A stretch of 64,000 nucleotides of DNA, from positions 3,264,001-3,328,000 of the forward strand of contig OY762209.1 of assembly GCA_963665295.1 (NCBI GenBank), given 5' to 3'. Made by a program: the position numbers and the translations under genes. Source of the DNA: Syntrophorhabdaceae bacterium. GTDB lineage: Bacteria; Desulfobacterota; Syntrophorhabdia; Syntrophorhabdales; Syntrophorhabdaceae. How positions within the stretch are numbered: the stretch's first letter is position 1; each line of letters opens with the position of its first letter. The notes under the pieces are model-generated. The model saw only the letters and a program-made list of their open reading frames with translations. It made no database searches and had not been told where the DNA came from. Of the stretch, positions 10,018 to 19,075 are shown piece by piece.

Positions 10018-10047
10018 ATTATAGACATATGTTCATAATCATGTCAA
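10018..10047 (-). promoter_or_regulatory. Consensus sigma-70 promoter (TTGACA-18-TATAAT) with overlapping palindromic operator; predicted leaderless mRNA
   Basis: Minus strand reads TTGACA tgattatgaacatatgtc TATAAT atacac ATG; palindrome ATTATAGACATATGTTCATAAT at 10018-10039. Confidence 0.75.
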
Positions 10048-10120
10048 CGCCCGAAGAATCATTTTCACCGTTGTGCCCATCAATTCCAGGTGAGGTCGTA
10101 GACGAGGGGAGGACTTCACG

Positions 10121-10981
10121 TCAGTAAAGATAGGGGTCTTTAGGGACGGGGATGCCGGTCATTGACGCTTTTCTCACTATGACGCCTGTTCGCCCGCCCA
10201 CCTTTATGGTATCTACGAGTCCCTCCACTCGCACCCATGCGTTTTGGCGGGGTCTCTCCGTCTCCCCATTTTCGACCAGGATGGCAGCGGGCTGGGCGTC
10301 CGCCACGCAGCACACTACCACAAAACGGAACAGGTAAAACCTGTTTATGCTTCTTTCGTCCCATGCCACCACTCCTTCGGTTATTACTCGGGACCCACGG
10401 AAGCGATCACTAAATTCATTCAAATCATAGAGATCTGCTTCCACGGCACCCTTTCTTGCCCCGGTGGCAGGGGAGGGTTCTTTCGCTGAGGGTGCCATGC
10501 CCAGCATTTTCCGGAGGCCCCTCGGTACTTGCGGCGGGCCAGAATTCCGGTAATTCTCCACTAATTGTTGGTAATCATCATCTTCTGTTTCTGCCATATC
10601 GGAAGTATTGTCCTGGAGGCCCTTCCTTTGGGGCTGGGCGATGTTCAATTGCGCACCTGCCGATCGCTTGGCAAACGCCTGGCAGTCAAGCACTGCGCCG
10701 CTTGTCATGGCTGCATAGACCAAGGGAAGGATCAGAATAAGCGCCCTTACCATCGAAGTAGTCCTGGAGATGTTCGTTCCGGCTGATTTGCGTCTTGCCA
10801 GGGCAACACACATGACCACTAAGAGGACCAGCCCTGCCATGAGACTCACTCCAAAGGTGGGCCCGAGAAAGTACCGGTACCTTCCCCCATTTATCAAAAA
10901 AAGGAACGCCCCCGCCCATATGCTCAGGACCAGAATGTCCGCGATTCCTCCCGGTCCCGGAAATGGCCTCGCCTTACCCAC
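10121..10981 (-). CDS. DUF1980/TIGR03943 (YcgQ-like) membrane protein
   Basis: 3 TM segments; RFVVVCCVADAQP; WVRVEG; PKDPYLY; GTG start inferred from coupling to the upstream gene. Confidence 0.85.
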   Translation of the reverse strand: MGKARPFPGPGGIADILVLSIWAGAFLFLINGGRYRYFLGPTFGVSLMAGLVLLVVMCVALARRKSAGTNISRTTSMVRALILILPLVYAAMTSGAVLDCQAFAKRSAGAQLNIAQPQRKGLQDNTSDMAETEDDDYQQLVENYRNSGPPQVPRGLRKMLGMAPSAKEPSPATGARKGAVEADLYDLNEFSDRFRGSRVITEGVVAWDERSINRFYLFRFVVVCCVADAQPAAILVENGETERPRQNAWVRVEGLVDTIKVGGRTGVIVRKASMTGIPVPKDPYLY

Positions 10982-12077
10982 CGTTCTCTCCTTTGAAAAA
11001 GAAGTGCATATCAAAAGCCACGAGAAATACAAAGACTGCGACAATGGTGGCCAGAACCGCGACGAACCGACCCCTGAACAGACCCCGGTACATGAAAAGA
11101 AGTTTTATGTCGAGCATGGGGCCAAGGAGCATGAAAGCCATCTGAGCCGCGAAGGGCCAGACGTACCTCATTGAGGCGGCGACAAAGGCATCGGCTTCCG
11201 AGCACAGGTTCAAGCCGACGGCCATAGCCATGGCAGATACAATGGATAGAACAGGTGAGCCGGTAAGACCGGCAAGCAGTCCCCGTGGAAGCACGGTGTG
11301 AATCAAAGCTGCCGCAAAAGCACCCATCACCAGGAATCTGCCGGCGTCGAGAAAGTCGTCGGCCCCGTGGGCAAGTGCGTCCCATACCGGCGACTTCTGC
11401 GCCTTTGGGTCTGTTCCATGAACCGATCCATGAGGGCCGTGGTCTGATCCGCACCCGCACGAGGCGGCTCCCTCTTCCTCCAAAGTGTTTTCGCGAAGCA
11501 TAATCTTCGCAAATTTTTCCTGGAACAACCATTGTAAGAGAAGACTTATGGAAACGCCCAAACCGTATCCGCAGGCGACACGGATGAGCGCCGTGGACCA
11601 TTGAAAGGAATAAGCGGTTCCGGTGGACAAAAACACTATCGGGTTCGCAATCGGGCCAGAGAGGAGGTAGGCAAGGGCCGCGGCAGGAGATACCCCCTTG
11701 CCGATCAGACGCCTGACGACAGGAACTACCGCACATTCACAGATGGGAAAAACAAGTCCGAGGCCTGCCGCGCAAAACACACCCCTTTTCCCCACGGGGA
11801 TAAGCTTCGTCATCCGTTCCCGTGAAACAAAGACCTCCACCAGACCACCCGCAAGGCTGCCGAGCAACATGAAGGGGAGTGCCTCCAACACGATCGCCGA
11901 GAAGGTTACGGACAGCGTCCTGAAAAGGGAGTCTTTCCTCCAAAGAAGGAGCGCAGCGAGAGCGCAAACCACGAAAACTCCCTCTGCCGCTGTTCCGGCT
12001 CCCGGCCATGTGGCACGCCGCGAACCGGAACAGCACACGGAGTCCTCCGTCCTATGGTGATGGCGGTCGCCGCTCAT
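10974..12077 (-). CDS. DUF318 (YcgR-like) permease
   Basis: LEALPF, FPICECAVVPV, LCSEADAFVA, GPMLDIK; His/Cys-rich loop. Confidence 0.9.
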   Translation of the reverse strand: MSGDRHHHRTEDSVCCSGSRRATWPGAGTAAEGVFVVCALAALLLWRKDSLFRTLSVTFSAIVLEALPFMLLGSLAGGLVEVFVSRERMTKLIPVGKRGVFCAAGLGLVFPICECAVVPVVRRLIGKGVSPAAALAYLLSGPIANPIVFLSTGTAYSFQWSTALIRVACGYGLGVSISLLLQWLFQEKFAKIMLRENTLEEEGAASCGCGSDHGPHGSVHGTDPKAQKSPVWDALAHGADDFLDAGRFLVMGAFAAALIHTVLPRGLLAGLTGSPVLSIVSAMAMAVGLNLCSEADAFVAASMRYVWPFAAQMAFMLLGPMLDIKLLFMYRGLFRGRFVAVLATIVAVFVFLVAFDMHFFFKGENGG

Positions 12078-12093
12078 CGGGCCACCAGTCTTG

Positions 12094-13092
12094 CTATTCC
12101 CCCTTGCATTTCAGCCCTGCTCTCAGACTCGTGAGATTCTGCTCCATGAGATGTATGAATGTTACGCCCTGGTTCATCTCGTCTTTGGTGATGTTATGGG
12201 CGCCATGGAGCTTAAGTAGTTTCGACTTCGTATCCTTTGCTAACACGTCTGCTGTCCGGGGTTCAATCAGCTCTTCGTAGAAAACCGTGTCTACACCGTG
12301 CATCTTGAGCTTTTTCCTCAGTTCCATTAATCGTTTGGCGGTCGGCTCCGCATCAGGCGAGCCGGAATAGGCCGACTCATAAACGAGTCCATATCGGCTG
12401 GCAAGGTAGTTGAATGCAAAATGACCCCCATGAATTATGATTCTTTTCTCGCACGTTGCGAGAGTTTCCCGGTATGTCCGGTCAAGATACGCCAGCCTTG
12501 CTTTATATTCGGACGCATTCTTCAAGTAAATGTCTTTATGAGCGGGGTCTTTTGCTGCAAAACCGACGGCAATCGTGTCCACCATGTTCTGAGCGTTGGC
12601 GAAGTCAAGCCAGATGTGAGGGTCAAGGTTGCCGTGATGATGATGGGATTGCTCTCCTTCGTGGTGACCCTCGGCGTGGCCACGCGCCTCCTTCTCATGG
12701 TGGTCTTCCTTTATTTTCATGAGCGTGATACCCTCACTCGCGTCAACCACCCGGAGCCGTTCCGATCTTACTCCGGTGAGAAACCTTTGAACCCATGGTT
12801 CCATGGCATCTCCGGTGTAGACAAACAGGTCGGCCTCCTTCACCTTCATCACATCGCCCGGCTTGGGTTCAAAACTATGCACTTCAATGCCGGGCGGGAT
12901 AAGCATCGACACCCGTGCCTTGTCCCCTCCCACATTCTTCGCAAAATCAAAGAGCGGGAACAGAGTCGTAATGACCGTTATCTTCCCTGTAGAGGGCTGT
13001 TCGGCTCTCCTTTCACAACCACCGGCCATAATCACAAGGCCGAGAGCAATCACAATAATCGAGAATTGTTTTATTCTTTTTATGCCCAACAC
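12094..13092 (-). CDS. Zn/Mn ABC-type substrate-binding lipoprotein (ZnuA/AdcA-like)
   Basis: Lipobox; EVHSFEP, His-rich loop, DPHIWL, HFAFNY. Confidence 0.92.
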   Translation of the reverse strand: MLGIKRIKQFSIIVIALGLVIMAGGCERRAEQPSTGKITVITTLFPLFDFAKNVGGDKARVSMLIPPGIEVHSFEPKPGDVMKVKEADLFVYTGDAMEPWVQRFLTGVRSERLRVVDASEGITLMKIKEDHHEKEARGHAEGHHEGEQSHHHHGNLDPHIWLDFANAQNMVDTIAVGFAAKDPAHKDIYLKNASEYKARLAYLDRTYRETLATCEKRIIIHGGHFAFNYLASRYGLVYESAYSGSPDAEPTAKRLMELRKKLKMHGVDTVFYEELIEPRTADVLAKDTKSKLLKLHGAHNITKDEMNQGVTFIHLMEQNLTSLRAGLKCKGE

Positions 13093-13262
13093 AAAGCCCT
13101 CCTCATTTGTAAGTGAGATAAAAACTTAAGCAGTGGACAGGAGCCATTGGTCTGTTTTAGAGGTCGTCCTTATCCAAGCAAACCGCAAGGCCCCTCTCGA
13201 CGACCGTAACGTTGCTTTTAGAAGTGTTCCTGCCTGAAAGAAATCAAAAAAGGATTAACCGA

Positions 13263-13541
13263 TCAGATGATGCGATGCGGCGGAGCGCGACTACAGGGTT
13301 TAGCCCGGAAACCGAAGGAATCCGGCAAATATGATGGGGAGACGGGTTTTTCAGGGAAAAGAGGGAGGGCGAAGGCGACTGCATGCTCGCCCAGACCCGG
13401 AACTACAGAGTGGCTAAGAAAAAAGCAGAGTGCGCAGTCAGTATGAGCGGAGTCGCCATCATTATGATGATGAAGACAACCTACCCCAAGGGCAAATAGG
13501 AATAGCACAATAATTGCAACTATTCCAAACCGCTTACACAT
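13263..13541 (-). CDS. DUF2946-like leader peptide (signal/TM, HHH, CxxC, C-terminal RAPP)
   Basis: MCKRFGIVAII...CLHHH...DCALC...SRAPPHRII; RBS GGAGG; upstream of znuA-like gene. Confidence 0.75.
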   Translation of the reverse strand: MCKRFGIVAIIVLFLFALGVGCLHHHNDGDSAHTDCALCFFLSHSVVPGLGEHAVAFALPLFPEKPVSPSYLPDSFGFRAKPCSRAPPHRII

Positions 13542-13826
13542 ACTGCCTTAACCTCCGACTCGCAAGAAAACTGACAATCAAGACGAGTTAACAATCATCT
13601 ATCATGAGGCATAGAGAGAAGTCAACCCCGGTGGCTTGATATTTCCCGCTCTTAAGGGCACCCTGAGATCGTGGCATATGGGAGTTGCAGCCGGACGAGA
13701 ATAATAATAGGCATCCTCGGGGGGGGGCGGATGACCTTTCCTTGTCGGCTGGAAAGAAGGAATGGGCCTGCTTTACAAGGCTTTCCCGTAGCGATATTAT
13801 CAAGAAAAACATAAGGGGTGTTTATT

Positions 13827-14378
13827 ATGAAAGAGGAGATGGATCGGAGAGAGTTTTTAAAAACGACTGCCGCTGCGGGAGCGGTCTTAATGGCGGGAGG
13901 TATTATGGGCGGAACGAAGAGCGCGTGGGGATTGGTGAAAATCCCAGAGGTAGACAGGGTAGCCATTACGATCATCACGGATAACTATTATGACGCGCTG
14001 AGACCTGACGTAGCGGTGACAAAAAGGTTCCGCACTCAGCCCGGCAAATGGATGCATGCGGAACATGGCCTGTCCTACTTCGTTGAAACGGCATCGAAGG
14101 GCAAAACGAGCGCTTTCATGTTCGACTATGGCCTCGATGCTCTGGGGGTCAACAGGAATATGGAAGTCCTTGGCATCGATGTGGGAAAGGCGGATGCCTT
14201 CGGCTTAAGCCATGGCCACTTCGACCACTGGGGCGCGCTCGTTGAGACCCTTACCATGAACAAGTCTAAGATATGGAAGGGAGCGCCCCTGTACCTGGGT
14301 GAAGAGGCTTTCGAGAGAAGATGCTCCCTCGTGCCGGGCACCACGAACAGGCTGGATATCGGCCAACTGTCGAAGTAG
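13827..14378 (+). pseudogene. Tat-exported MBL-fold metallo-hydrolase, apparently C-terminally truncated
   Basis: DRREFLK Tat motif; AEHGLS, SHGHFDH; stops at about 184 aa without the later MBL metal ligands. Confidence 0.7.
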
Positions 14379-14502
14379 GCCGGCCTGACATGAAAGCATT
14401 CTCCCCGAGCAAGAGGGCGGTGAAAAAGTGAAAGGACCGACCCGATCGGGGTTGGGCCGGCCCTGAAGCGTGATGCCTGGTTCCGGGAAAACTTGTCTCC
14501 CT

Positions 14503-14946
14503 TTAGATATATGTGCCCATGATGTACTTGTTGAGGTAGTCGATTTCTATCCTCTGTTCCCGGACAATCGCCTTGACTACATCGCCTATCGAGACGAGTC
14601 CGACCAACTTTCCTTTGTCAAGAACCGGAAGGTGTCTGATGCGTTTCTCGGTCATAAGGGAAATACATTCGTCAACCGTGGTAGAGGATGATACAACGTA
14701 GAGGTCTTTGGTCATGATGTCCCTCGTAAAGGTCTCTTTTGAAGATTTTCCTTCGAGTATAACTTTCCGCGCATAGTCACGCTCCGATATTATCCCCGCT
14801 ACATTGCCTCCTTCGTCAAGCACGACCGTTGCTCCTACGCCCTTTTCCTGCATCAACTGGAGTGCCCTGTAAACCAGGGTATCGGTTGAGATGGTCCATA
14901 CCTCGCTTCCCTTGCGTTCCAGAATCTGACTTACTGTGGTCTTCAT
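14503..14946 (-). CDS. CBS-domain pair protein
   Basis: GIISERDYARKV; RIRHLPV...G.VSIGDVVK. Confidence 0.92.
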   Translation of the reverse strand: MKTTVSQILERKGSEVWTISTDTLVYRALQLMQEKGVGATVVLDEGGNVAGIISERDYARKVILEGKSSKETFTRDIMTKDLYVVSSSTTVDECISLMTEKRIRHLPVLDKGKLVGLVSIGDVVKAIVREQRIEIDYLNKYIMGTYI

Positions 14947-15356
14947 AACTACCCCCTTATAGATTTATTGGCTCCGGGCAACCCCCGGATTCACTCGTAT
15001 AAGACTTGACTGGTACGCCAATCCCTCCTTTACCTGCAGGGACAGAACGGCACAAAGCCTCCCCCTCTCACGTGGCTGCTGACCCCTGTTGTATACTGGT
15101 TTCCTGTTTTAGTACTACGGCAACAAATAAGAAGTCAAGAGTTAAAATATCAATAGATATACTATCAAAACATATAATTTGGGAAAAGATTATTTTGCAT
15201 ATCTTCCTCGGTTTCTATAATCAAGACCTACGGAGAAAACCATGGATAAAAACAGGATTTGGAAATAGAAATTTCTCCCATGTTGCCGGTTGTTCAATAA
15301 AAATAACATTGTTACGATGAGGATCAGATCAAATACTATCGGGTCCCTATTTCTGC

Positions 15357-15392
15357 CCACAAGGCTGGCGCCCCGGGGCGCCAGCCTTGTGG
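15357..15392. terminator. Perfect 36-bp palindrome, probable terminator
   Basis: CCACAAGGCTGGCGCCCC|GGGGCGCCAGCCTTGTGG downstream of the Spy/ZraP-like gene. Confidence 0.65.
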
Positions 15393-15418
15393 ATTCTTAC
15401 CGCCCTTTACCACATGGG

Positions 15419-15853
15419 TCAGTTGCTGCCGCCAAAGCCCTGACCACCCCATCCTCGACCACCGCACCCGACCATCCGTGCACCATAACCGCGCCCCCCT
15501 GTGCCAGGGCCGAAACCTGCGGCAGGCAGCCCCTGCTTCTCGGCTGCGGTCTGTATTCTTGCCCTAATGTCGATCATCTCTTTCTGAAGAGTGGCTATAC
15601 GATCCTGATTGGGTTTCTCTTTCGTGTACTCGTTTCTGAGTTCGAGCCGTTTTGCCATCATCTCGTCCCTGAACGGAAGTGTCTCCTTCTGAAAGGCCCT
15701 GAATGCGTTAATGTCTACCTGTTTGCCCGCCGTTGGCCCGTACGCGTACCCGGGACAATAGGCGCATCCCATACCCCACCCTGCATGGACCGAGGTGCCG
15801 AGGAGAGCCAATCCGACGGCTGCCACTAAAGCCACTACCCACATCTTTTTCAT
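15419..15853 (-). CDS. Periplasmic Spy/CpxP/ZraP-like protein
   Basis: Signal peptide; Gly-rich ends; F..ET..LR.....KR.EL...P....I..L.KE...IR; RBS AGGAGG. Confidence 0.8.
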   Translation of the reverse strand: MKKMWVVALVAAVGLALLGTSVHAGWGMGCAYCPGYAYGPTAGKQVDINAFRAFQKETLPFRDEMMAKRLELRNEYTKEKPNQDRIATLQKEMIDIRARIQTAAEKQGLPAAGFGPGTGGRGYGARMVGCGGRGWGGQGFGGSN

Positions 15854-16297
15854 TGCCTTTTTCCTCCTTCTTGGATTTCTTATGATAACAGTATAGGAAA
15901 ACAATGTGAATGGACGGCGAAGAGATTGTGAAATATTGTGAAGGCCGCATCCGCGATGGGGAATTGGTCCTGGTCCGGTAGTAAGAAGCGGTTTGTCCTT
16001 AAACAGGATATCGGAGATCATCTTCTGATGCACATTGCAACAAATCTATAAGCATGGGATGCTGCCCCATTACGATGAATATATATTGGTAGAAGGACTG
16101 AGTGGTGATTGCTGCAATGGAAATACTGGGAAGACATAGATGCCTTCAGGTAGGAGTACATTGAGGTTCACAGGCCTGCCAGTTCCTAACCGTATGTTTC
16201 TGCGCGCTCGCCCCCGGTGGTCCCTCTGGCCTGAAAGGATGGGTGTTTTCCACCGTCAGCGGAATGGTTACATAGAACTTTCCTATCGTCGGTGTTC

Positions 16298-17113
16298 CTA
16301 TCTCATGAACCAGTTTGAACATCGCTGTGAAGCATATCGTGAAGGCAACAGACACACATAGGGTTTGGCTGATACAGGGCTTTCGAGGACAACCACAGGG
16401 GTTTTGTAGACACCCTCGATAGTCGCCCGCGTCAACACCTCGCCGGGAGCGCCGTCTTTGACTATGGTTCCGTCCTTCAGGAGAAGGAGTCTGTCGCGGT
16501 ATTGCCCCGCGAGGTTGAGGTCGTGGAGGATGGTGATTATGGTTAGACCTTGTTCGCTATTCATTTTCCCAATCAAATCCAAGACCCTGACCTGATGGGT
16601 GATATCCAGATGACTGGTCGGCTCATCAAGGAGAAGAAGGCGTGGTTCCTGGGCCAAGGCGCGACTGATAAAGACCATTTGCTTTTCACCGCTACTTAGC
16701 TTATCCACGCGCCTTTCCCTGAGCCCTGCGGTGCCGGTAAGGGCCATGGCATTATGAGCATGCTCAACGTCCCGCGTGCTCTCCCCTAATCCCATCCCTG
16801 CCCGGTGAGGTATTCTTCCCAGCAGCACGAACTCTTCAACCGACATGGGGAGATCGGTATCCCGGATGTTGCCCACCACCGCAACTTTCCGGGCAAATTC
16901 TCCAATACCTAAACCCTTGATGTCCCGGCTTTCGAGAAGGATTGCCCCCTTGGCAGGCTTTATTACCCGAGAGATCGCCCTGAGAAGCGTTGTCTTTCCG
17001 GAACCGTTGGGTCCTATGACTGCGACAAATTCTCCTGCCCCTACGCTTATGGTCACATCTCGGAGTACCGGGTCCTTTCCATACCCACACGTAAGATTGC
17101 GTATATCGAGCAT
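16298..17113 (-). CDS. Cobalamin/iron-chelate ABC transporter ATP-binding protein (BtuD/FepC-like), possibly decaying
   Basis: GPNGSGKT, LSSGEKQ, LLLDEPTSHLD, HDLNLA. Confidence 0.88.
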   Translation of the reverse strand: MLDIRNLTCGYGKDPVLRDVTISVGAGEFVAVIGPNGSGKTTLLRAISRVIKPAKGAILLESRDIKGLGIGEFARKVAVVGNIRDTDLPMSVEEFVLLGRIPHRAGMGLGESTRDVEHAHNAMALTGTAGLRERRVDKLSSGEKQMVFISRALAQEPRLLLLDEPTSHLDITHQVRVLDLIGKMNSEQGLTIITILHDLNLAGQYRDRLLLLKDGTIVKDGAPGEVLTRATIEGVYKTPVVVLESPVSAKPYVCLLPSRYASQRCSNWFMR

Positions 17114-17647
17114 CACCGCCCTCCAAGAGACAGTTCTCTTTTCGTGAGTGCATATATGAAAAGAATCCCACCAAGAATCCCCGTTATTACGCCCACCGGC
17201 AATTCCATGGGCAGGGCCACAGTCTTGGCCACCGTGTCGCAGAGGATCAGAAAGATCGCTCCTGACAGGAAGGAACCGATCAGGACGATCCTGTGATCCA
17301 CACCCACCCACATGCGGACAAAATGGGGCACGACGAGCCCCACAAACCCTATAGCCCCCGAGACGGAGACCGCGACCCCGGTCAGCGGGGACGCGATGAT
17401 GAGGATCGTCCGCTTCGTCCTTTCCGCGTCGATGCCGAGATGGTGCGCCTCCTCTTCACCCAAGGCCATGGCATTAAGATTGAAGCAAAAGAAATAGGAG
17501 GCCACCAACCCCGCGAGGGCGGCGCATAGAGCAAGTTTCACGAGAATCCAGTCTGTTTCACCGAGAGAACCTATGATCCAGAAAAGGATGTCATGGAGGT
17601 CTTCAGCCCGGGAGATGGACATAATAAGAATGACAAAGCTTACTATA
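17113..17647 (-). pseudogene. FecCD/BtuC-type permease, 3' fragment
   Basis: LGEEEAHHLG, IGFVGLVVPH, ELPVGVIT; no N-terminal half; abuts a foreign terminator. Confidence 0.85.
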
Positions 17648-17686
17648 AGGGAGAGAACCGAAAAGCATTCTCCCCCTGATCGGCTC

Positions 17687-18085
17687 TTACCATGCGTCTG
17701 ACTGCTGATATTCGGGCAATTCCGATATGTACTCCGCCATGAGACAATTGATGAGCCTCTCCAGCCTCTCAGCGCACCCGTTCACGTCCTGGTCGTCAAT
17801 GTTGTAGCTGATAGACCGGAGCGCCTTTATAAGATCGATAGGGTTATAGGGATGCGCTCCGTTGAAAGAGAGGATTCGGACGGGTTCGTTCTCTTCGTAA
17901 CGCTCGTTGTAGGCGTGTATGTTTGCGATTCTCAAGGCCTGGACAAATGGCTTGAAGTGAGTATCAAGGCCTTCCGCCCACCCTTCCGGGTAGTCCCATA
18001 CGTGCGCCAGGGTGCCGGGGTCCATACGGCAAAGACTGTTGCGCACGCGGACAAACTTTTCATCCTCGAAACAGATGGTGCTCAT
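17687..18085 (-). CDS. Hypothetical protein of mobile-element type (132 aa)
   Basis: RBS AAGGAGGT; coupled to upstream ORF; followed by hairpin at about 17649-17676. Confidence 0.75.
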   Translation of the reverse strand: MSTICFEDEKFVRVRNSLCRMDPGTLAHVWDYPEGWAEGLDTHFKPFVQALRIANIHAYNERYEENEPVRILSFNGAHPYNPIDLIKALRSISYNIDDQDVNGCAERLERLINCLMAEYISELPEYQQSDAW

Positions 18086-18291
18086 AACACCTCCTTTACC
18101 CCGAGGGTCTTTGCTTCTTCTTCAAGCTTCAGGTAGTATTCGTATTCTTCCCTTGCGCCCGGGTCGTCCTTTGCACATCCCATGTTGTCATAGTCCAGGG
18201 CATCGATACTGATGTTGCGGGAATCGGAATGAATCGACTGAACAACTCCTCCCGAGACTTCCACGATTATGCGGATGGGTCTCTCACTCAT
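18082..18291 (-). CDS. Hypothetical acidic small protein (69 aa)
   Basis: RBS AAGGAGG supplied by the repeated upstream element; IIVEVSGGVVQ motif. Confidence 0.75.
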   Translation of the reverse strand: MSERPIRIIVEVSGGVVQSIHSDSRNISIDALDYDNMGCAKDDPGAREEYEYYLKLEEEAKTLGVKEVL

Positions 18292-18478
18292 AAGGTCCTC
18301 CTTCTTGTGGTTTAGGGGTATTCCCCCTTAAAAAACTTTTTTTCCCTTCACAAAGCCTGAGGGAAAAAAGAAGAAGGAAAGACCGGAATTCCATAGCTGC
18401 CTCCCCTGCACGCGGACATGACTGATACCTCCGGCGTGCCGTGTGCAAAGAGGCAAACCACAAAAGGAGCGACACTGT
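18289..18478 (-). repeat. Conserved structured upstream element, copy A
   Basis: Reverse complement aligns with 58223-58409; 41 bp identical (18330-18370 vs 58325-58365). Confidence 0.9.
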
Positions 18479-19075
18479 ATTGGAAAAAATAATAGGGCGG
18501 GTATGAGCGCAGGTGAAACTTGCGCCTGTTCTGCAAGAGCGGGGGCATCTTTCACCGTAAGCGCGGATTGCCGACATACGCTCAAAGAGTGGCCGCTCCG
18601 ATCTGCGAAGCAGTCCGGGAAGCGGACACTGTGTGACGGTGGCGAACCTCAGAAGAAACTGGGCGGGGAAGAAGGGGTGAAATTTGGCCTTGAACGCATC
18701 CTATTGCCCTATCCCTATACACATTTATATAGGGGAAGACCTCGAAAATCGATTGTGGGGCATTTTTGAGAAGCGCTTTTGGTCCATCTCGGGAACCGAC
18801 ACAAGATTATTGTACTGTGGGGCGGTCCGTGACAGCCATGCCACTGGTAGGTGTATCGAGCATCAAGTTATCTCAGATCATGAGCGCAATTCGCCTCCGG
18901 CTTCTTGCACCTGGTCCTTCTATCCGGCGATCAGCATGTCGCTACCATGACGTCTTACGTGACTCAGAGCAATGGAAATGGATTCGATCCACCCAAGATC
19001 GACAACCCAGTGTCCTGCCTGTCCGAGCGGAAACGCCTAAACTACAGGTCAACACGCCAAAATTCATTGCCCCTC

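Noticed and set aside
13672..13689. Possible sigma-54 promoter TGGCA...TTGCA
   Set aside because: GG-GC spacing is 12 nt rather than the required 10.
18328..18585. ORFs across the repeated element (also the 58245 extension of xis) sharing FFPSGFVKGKKVF
   Set aside because: By-product of the DNA repeat; real starts with RBS lie downstream, and indels break the frame between copies.
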